Below are positions 7,957-11,074 of a DNA stretch of 11,074 nucleotides, piece after piece. This DNA comes from Bacteriovoracaceae bacterium (GTDB taxonomy: Bacteria > Bdellovibrionota > Bacteriovoracia > Bacteriovoracales > Bacteriovoracaceae): assembly GCA_049599895.1 (NCBI GenBank), contig JBMYPC010000104.1:1-11074 (forward strand), given 5' to 3'. The notes under the pieces were generated by a model, which had not been told where the DNA came from, searched no databases, and saw only the letters and a program-made list of their open reading frames with translations. Each line of letters opens with the position of its first letter. The first letter of the stretch is position 1. A program made the position numbers and the translations under genes.

Positions 7957-8670
7957 ATGAGTAAGTTAGATCAAATTATCGTCGCCTTAGATAACATGAC
8001 TGAAAATGAGGCCTTGAGCTTCGTTGAGGAAAATCACCATACTCTTAAGTTTTATAAAGTCGGGATGGAGCTTTTTTATAAATCTGGCCGAGACTTTTTA
8101 AAGAAGCTTAGTGAAAACTATCAAGTCCGAATCTTTCTTGACCTCAAGCTTTACGATATTCCTAATACTGTTTCCAAGGCCATTAGTACTTTTGAGGGTC
8201 TCAATATCGAATTTCTCACCATTCATACATCTGGTGGACGTGAAATGCTTGAAAAAGCACAAATCGCGGCAAGTAAGGCCATACCAAATTGTAAGTTATT
8301 AGGAGTTACGGTCTTAACCTCTTTTTCTCCCGCGAGTTTTAAAGAAACCTTAGGCACAGATTTTGAAGATGGTATTTCAAATCTCTATAAAACTTCTCTT
8401 TCAGCAAATATCCCAGGGATTGTTTGCTCAACTCAAGATATCCAAAAACTTAAGGCCCAAAACCATGGCAATCACCCCCTTTTTGTGTGTCCTGGAATCA
8501 GATTTGAAGATGAAATTCAATCGGGACAAATTTCAGACCAAAAACGAGTTGCTTCGCCTAAAGAAGCATTTAAGATAGGAGCTGATTATCTCGTTATTGG
8601 ACGTTCTCTTACAAGTGTCGAAAGTAATCTACGAACAAAGAGGATTGAGGAAATTTCTCTGATCAAATAG
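7957..8670 (+). CDS. pyrF: Orotidine-5'-phosphate decarboxylase
   Basis: IVALD, YKVG, FLDLKLYDIPNTV (DxKxxD), GVTVLTS, VCPGIR, DQKRV, GADYLVIGR. Starts 20 nt after the CPS stop with SD-like AAGAAGG. Confidence 0.97.
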   Translation: MSKLDQIIVALDNMTENEALSFVEENHHTLKFYKVGMELFYKSGRDFLKKLSENYQVRIFLDLKLYDIPNTVSKAISTFEGLNIEFLTIHTSGGREMLEKAQIAASKAIPNCKLLGVTVLTSFSPASFKETLGTDFEDGISNLYKTSLSANIPGIVCSTQDIQKLKAQNHGNHPLFVCPGIRFEDEIQSGQISDQKRVASPKEAFKIGADYLVIGRSLTSVESNLRTKRIEEISLIK

Positions 8671-8706
8671 TTCCCCTTTTAATCTTCTGGTATTGCTTAA
8701 GGAAAA

Positions 8707-8715
8707 TGGTAAAAT
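8707..8715 (+). promoter_or_regulatory. Extended -10 promoter element (TGnTAAAAT) predicting a leaderless transcript for the OMP gene
   Basis: TG-G-TAAAAT at 8707-8715, then 6 nt, then ATG at 8722. No SD at a usable spacing. Confidence 0.5.
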
Positions 8716-8721
8716 AAACCT

Positions 8722-9627
8722 ATGTTAAGGTTTAAACTCTTAATTCTTTTTATTCTCAATATTTTTTGTCTGCAGACTTTTGCGAAAGGTCCAATTAAGG
8801 CCATTATCACCACACCCAATGCCATTATTTATTCAGACACCGCTCTTAAGTCTCCAATTGGAAAAGTCTCATTTGGAAAAATTATATATGTTGGAAAAAT
8901 TAAGAGGCGCTTTGGTGACATCTCCACAGTTGTTGTCTCTGGCAAGCTCGCCTATATCAAAACCGAAGACTATACAGAATTTGAGACCTGGAATAAGCAA
9001 ACTAAAAATGGTGAAGTTGAAAGGCTGAGGGCCACTGAACACGATATTGATAAAATTCTCATCAAAGACATTGATCGACTAAGCGAGAATAACTATCTCG
9101 TCCTAACAGGGGGAAGATATTCTCTTGGTACAGAATGGGATGTTATCTCTGAAGAATTTGGAGATGGGAGTGGTAATGGTCTCTTTAACGGTAAAGCACT
9201 ATTTGAACACAGACCAGAGATTCACAAATTTAGCTGGGGTGTGGGAATAGGACAATACCTTTCAAATCAAACCTCCCTATCCCTATCAATCACAACCCTA
9301 GAATTAATGCTTTATTATTCTTTTCTCAATGCTTGGGATTTTCTCTCACTTGATTTTCAAGTTGGAACATTAATGACTGCAGCGTTCACCTTAGAAACGA
9401 GTCTTCAAGATCGTTATTCAGGGAGTCTATTTGGCTATATTTATGGCCTTCAGATGCGACTTCTGCCACGATCTAAGATTGGCGCAGTTCTTGGAGTCCA
9501 ATATCAATTAGTGAACATTAGCGGTCTTGATGCAATCGTCATTAATGAATCGACTAACAGACGGGCCACTCTTGAGTCGTTTAGTGGGGCCCAGTTTTTT
9601 ATGGGTTTAAGCTATAAGTTTAATTGA
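8722..9627 (+). CDS. Secreted outer-membrane protein: signal peptide, N-terminal SH3b-like domain, C-terminal small beta-barrel
   Basis: Signal peptide MLRFKLLILFILNIFCLQTFA. SH3b-like segment NAIIYSD...IGKVSFGKIIYV...GKLAYIK. Amphipathic Gly/aromatic beta-strands (FSWGVGIGQY, FGYIYGLQMR, IGAVLGVQYQ) and a terminal beta-signal-like FFMGLSYKF(N). Confidence 0.7.
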   Translation: MLRFKLLILFILNIFCLQTFAKGPIKAIITTPNAIIYSDTALKSPIGKVSFGKIIYVGKIKRRFGDISTVVVSGKLAYIKTEDYTEFETWNKQTKNGEVERLRATEHDIDKILIKDIDRLSENNYLVLTGGRYSLGTEWDVISEEFGDGSGNGLFNGKALFEHRPEIHKFSWGVGIGQYLSNQTSLSLSITTLELMLYYSFLNAWDFLSLDFQVGTLMTAAFTLETSLQDRYSGSLFGYIYGLQMRLLPRSKIGAVLGVQYQLVNISGLDAIVINESTNRRATLESFSGAQFFMGLSYKFN

Positions 9628-10888
9628 TCTCAATGACATCACTTTCTTTATTTTTTGAATTCTTCTCTTTGGCCTTGTTCAAATAATAATCAACTTTCTT
9701 TTTATCACTTTCAAACTGGTCATATTCTCTCAGCTTAACTCTGCGTTTCAACTCTTTAATCCTTTCTTCTTTTTCCTTTCTCTCCTTAAGTTCAATTGAA
9801 TCTGAGAGATTTTCATCTCTTAGAGAAAAAGTTGTTTGATAATGCTTTAAAGAATAGCGATATAAAGGACGTAAAAGATTCGTATTATCCTTTCCTCGTT
9901 CCAGAAACTGAATCATCTCTTTCATAAACTCTTTTCTTTTTTGATCTAAGCTCCATGCGGAATAAAGATACAGCATTCCAACTTGATCAACTTTTTCTCG
10001 AAACTCTAAATTACGAAATTCAGAATAAATCCCTATCGACTTCTCCTTATTTTCAGGTGTGTATGTTAAAGAATTAAGAACCACAAGTCTTAAAGAATCA
10101 GAAAGAGGCTTATTCTTATTGGCCCATAAATAAAACTTATGAATCACACCATTCTCAAAAAAATGAACTTCTTCTTGCCGATAATTAGAATTTAAATGAG
10201 GCCTTTCAATTAAATAAAAGTCTTTATTCGTAACATAGTGATAGTTTAAAGTATCTTCTCCAAAGTACTTATGCCTCACCTTAAGAATATAAAGCTTATA
10301 GACGAGTTCTCGTGCATCCAATTTGGTAATCACATTAAGATAATTGAAAAATGAGGTCTGTTTTGCCTTTTCAACGGTTTTTGGAATATCAATATTTAAT
10401 GTAAAAAGATCTTTCCAAATTAAGTTTAAACCTTTGCTAAGAATATAGTTTTTGAAATACGGAAGCTCAAAAACCCAATCTTTTGCCAAATTGAGATTAA
10501 TCTTTTCTGAACCACCTGGATAGGACTTCAAATAGATCTTTTTATCACTGGCCTGTATCAAAAGACCCGGTCTGTCTTTAAGATCTAAAAACATGAAATG
10601 CGGGGCCAGTCGAAATAAGGGATTTCGTATTGGAGTATCGTAGCTGAAATCTTCAAAGGACATGAGATCCCAATTATCATTATCAGACTCCATATTCGAT
10701 TCATTAAGCTCAAAAGAGCTTCCCTTGTAAAACCTCTCATCAAATTTAGGAATATCGACATAGGAATTTGAAAGCCCCTCAGTAATGGCCAAGTAATACG
10801 AGTGATATGGTAAGACAATAATCCCCAGAGCAAGCAGCCCCGAGAGAACTGCAAAACTGGTAAAAACAAACAAGATCTTTTTTTTCAT
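9620..10888 (-). CDS. Hypothetical membrane-anchored protein with a charged, coiled-coil-like C-terminus
   Basis: 422-aa open frame. MKKK followed by a long hydrophobic helix; Lys/Glu/Arg-rich C-terminus (ELKERKEKEERIKELKRR). No family motif recognised. Confidence 0.75.
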   Translation of the reverse strand: MKKKILFVFTSFAVLSGLLALGIIVLPYHSYYLAITEGLSNSYVDIPKFDERFYKGSSFELNESNMESDNDNWDLMSFEDFSYDTPIRNPLFRLAPHFMFLDLKDRPGLLIQASDKKIYLKSYPGGSEKINLNLAKDWVFELPYFKNYILSKGLNLIWKDLFTLNIDIPKTVEKAKQTSFFNYLNVITKLDARELVYKLYILKVRHKYFGEDTLNYHYVTNKDFYLIERPHLNSNYRQEEVHFFENGVIHKFYLWANKNKPLSDSLRLVVLNSLTYTPENKEKSIGIYSEFRNLEFREKVDQVGMLYLYSAWSLDQKRKEFMKEMIQFLERGKDNTNLLRPLYRYSLKHYQTTFSLRDENLSDSIELKERKEKEERIKELKRRVKLREYDQFESDKKKVDYYLNKAKEKNSKNKESDVIEIN

Positions 10889-10920
10889 AGCTTAAGCTTA
10901 TTATACAGCTCATAAGCTAT
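10887..10920 (-). promoter_or_regulatory. TATAAT -10 element (10905-10900) bracketed by the inverted repeat ATAGCTTA-N18-TAAGCTAT
   Basis: Perfect TATAAT on the minus strand 11 nt before the ATG at 10888, and a possible -35 TGGAAA 18 bp upstream. IR arms at 10887-10894 and 10913-10920; 10-bp palindrome AGCTTAAGCT at 10889-10898. Confidence 0.5.
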
Positions 10921-11035
10921 AGATTTCCAGTGTCTTATGGTCCAAGTTAGAAAACCTGACCCGATCAATCGGTCATAATTATCCATAAACCAAACAAAGA
11001 CTAATATCTTATCCTAAATAGACGATAAGAGTTGT

Positions 11036-11074
11036 ATGAAAACTTTAAAAATACTTTTGACTCTTTTCATTTTT
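11036..11074 (+). CDS. Start of a probable secreted protein (runs off the right edge)
   Basis: ATG at 11036 gives MKTLKILLTLFIF..., a signal-peptide-like start that is open to the window end. AAGAG lies upstream. Only 13 codons are visible. Confidence 0.55.
   Translation, partial: MKTLKILLTLFIF

Noticed and set aside
8698..8717. Minigene TAAGGA-aa-ATG GTA AAA TAA before the OMP gene
   Set aside because: An SD spacing of 2 nt is too short, and the same bases are better explained as an extended -10 element.
288..10869. Short track ORFs (288-512, 1412-1618, 2126-2383, 4002-4220, 5161-5349, 8111-8302, 8363-8578, 8780-9028, 10585-10869)
   Set aside because: All lie wholly or mostly inside longer, well-supported CDSs in another frame or strand, and show no recognisable motifs; treated as shadow ORFs.
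270..10918. AGCT also looks frequent (about 51 by hand)
   Set aside because: Expected about 37 from composition, so only about 1.4-fold and explainable by codon usage; much weaker than GGCC.
10942..10975. CCAAG...CCGAT sigma28-like match and imperfect IR TGAC(C)CGAT-CA-ATCGGTCA
   Set aside because: Spacing is 1 nt short of the FliA consensus, and the IR needs a bulge with a 2-nt loop; not enough support.
1..11074. tRNA, rRNA, CRISPR array, IS element, riboswitch
   Set aside because: Intergenic regions are at most about 170 bp and show no cloverleaf, repeat-spacer periodicity, terminal inverted repeats or recognisable aptamer.

Overview
AT-rich bacterial window (about 36% GC by eye). Gene style is compatible with Bacteriovoracaceae/Bdellovibrionota, but that is inference only. 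Left to right: the 5' part of a lipoate-protein ligase gene (1..187, minus strand, missed by the ORF track); a monofunctional peptidoglycan transglycosylase mtgA (-); an orphan PD-(D/E)XK nuclease that by eye resembles the HaeIII restriction-endonuclease family (-); a divergent pyrimidine operon pyrB / carA-carB fused in one 1497-aa ORF / pyrF (+); an SH3-like plus beta-barrel outer-membrane protein (+); a convergent membrane-anchored hypothetical protein (-); and the first codons of a probable secreted protein (+). Two things stand out. (1) The HaeIII-like nuclease has no adjacent methyltransferase, and the HaeIII site GGCC is strongly over-represented in the window (about 52 by hand count versus about 12 expected), which suggests a domesticated GGCC-linked DNA-maintenance system rather than classical restriction. 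(2) The carbamoyl-phosphate synthetase is a single polypeptide translationally coupled to pyrB. No rRNA, tRNA, CRISPR array or mobile element was seen.
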